From an uncultured Solirubrobacterales bacterium (lineage in GTDB: Bacteria; Actinomycetota; Thermoleophilia; Solirubrobacterales; 70-9), in NCBI GenBank assembly GCA_963716735.1, contig OY970321.1, positions 2,210,021-2,274,020 of the forward strand: 64,000 nt of DNA, read 5' to 3'. Shown in pieces: positions 63,330 to 64,000 of the stretch. Each line of letters starts with the position of its first letter. Positions within the stretch are counted from its first letter, which is position 1. The notes beneath the pieces were generated by a model. The model saw only the letters and a list, made by a program, of their open reading frames with translations, ran no database searches and was not told the origin of the DNA. Both the position numbers and the translations under genes were made by a program.

Positions 63330-63878
63330 TCAGCGAGGCGGGCACTGGGGTGCTGGTGGGGGGAGAGAAGACGGGGGGTGTTTTTCACGAACGTTCCTCA
63401 GGGCTTGCACGGCAGAGTTGAGGACGCTTTGGTTTTCGGCGCCGATCGTCACGGTTGTTCGGCCGGTGAAGATTTCCAAGCCAGCTCCGCTTCCCCGCAT
63501 CGTCTTGGTCGCCTTGGCCCCGCGTAAATCGAATAGCCGGCTCTCACGCAGGCCTGCCCCGCGAGCGCAAATGCTGTAGCTGTGTATCTGGAGTGGGGGA
63601 AAACAACCGCCTTCATCCGCATTGCAATCGCCGTAGATGAGAATCCAGGCCGTGTCTCGTTTGTCTTTGTACTGAGTGGGGTCTCCGAAAACCTCTATTA
63701 GAGAGTTCCCAGCTACGGAGTTACCGGAGTAGTAGACCGGGTAGGCCCGGAATTCTTTGATCTCGCTCAAACTCGGCGCGTCCTTCGGCGCGTCCTCCGT
63801 TGCACACGCGCAGAGGCAAAGCGCAGAAGCGAATGCCGCGAAGAGCGTCCTGAGAGCTTGCCTGAGTTTCAAACCCAT
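63330..63878 (-). CDS. Hypothetical lipoprotein
   Basis: MGLKLRQALRTLFAAFASALCLCAC (lipobox-like LCAC). 182 aa in a lower-GC region. Confidence 0.55.
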   Translation of the reverse strand: MGLKLRQALRTLFAAFASALCLCACATEDAPKDAPSLSEIKEFRAYPVYYSGNSVAGNSLIEVFGDPTQYKDKRDTAWILIYGDCNADEGGCFPPLQIHSYSICARGAGLRESRLFDLRGAKATKTMRGSGAGLEIFTGRTTVTIGAENQSVLNSAVQALRNVREKHPPSSLPPPAPQCPPR

Positions 63879-63933
63879 CCCTTGCCTTCTGGGTTGCTTG
63901 CAGCCGACCTAGAGCCAGATTCGGCTCTATAAG

Positions 63934-64000
63934 CGGAGGGGGTGGGATTCGAACCCACGAGACACCCGAAGGCATCTAACGGCTTTCAAGGCCGCCGCAT
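63934..64000 (-). tRNA. tRNA-Ser (anticodon UGA), 3' two-thirds; 5' part lies beyond the window
   Basis: Reverse complement reads ...GCGGC-CUUGAAA-GCCGU (anticodon loop, UGA). A long variable arm follows (GAUGCC-UUCG-GGUGUC), then T arm GUGGG-UUCGAAU-CCCAC, acceptor CCCCUCC and discriminator G. No encoded CCA. Confidence 0.85.

Overview
64-kb window of a high-GC, actinobacterial-style chromosome. Sampled 60-nt lines range from 45/60 G+C in the rml genes to 32-36/60 in accessory stretches. The taxon guess (Actinomycetota, possibly Thermoleophilia-like) is inference only. Positions 1-37,664 are one very large cell-envelope glycan assembly locus. It contains dTDP-L-rhamnose genes (rmlA-D-B-C) and wecE/wecD-like genes for a dTDP-4-acetamido-4,6-dideoxyhexose. 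It also holds a WbaP-type initiating phosphotransferase, a Wzm/Wzt ABC exporter whose ATPase has a Wzt-type C-terminal extension, and a Wzy_C/WaaL-like protein fused to TPR repeats. At least eleven glycosyltransferase genes are present, including GT4-GT2 fusions of about 768 and 1199 aa. There are two pairs of polyprenol-P-sugar-synthase-like GT2 plus a large polytopic membrane protein. Methyl-, acetyl- and pyruvyl-transferase genes, a PP-loop ATPase-like gene, secreted clan GH-A hydrolase paralogs and a Gly/Ser-rich membrane-anchored protein complete the locus. Gene logic matches ABC-transporter-dependent O-polysaccharide or S-layer protein O-glycosylation (slg-type) pathways; this is my top candidate for an undescribed system. 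The remaining 26 kb is mostly housekeeping. It holds an Lhr helicase with two palindromic in-frame insertions, a choice-of-anchor-D-like secreted protein, a Crp/Fnr regulator and pcm. It also holds two tandem RTX-like beta-roll proteins sharing a near-identical 165-bp segment, ASCH and SRPBCC proteins, and CIRCE-groES-groEL. Further genes are a GH-A-like hydrolase, an NmrA-like SDR, ferredoxin, an acyl-CoA dehydrogenase, Mrp/ApbC, a large secreted unknown, cyclophilin, a K+ channel and a methyltransferase. A 167-bp palindromic intergenic element lies between the acyl-CoA dehydrogenase and mrp genes. The window ends in a lower-GC islet with a twice-frameshifted PD40 lipoprotein gene next to a partial tRNA-Ser(UGA). 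No rRNA, CRISPR array, transposase or integrase was seen. Many long ORFs in the track are high-GC antisense artefacts and were rejected.
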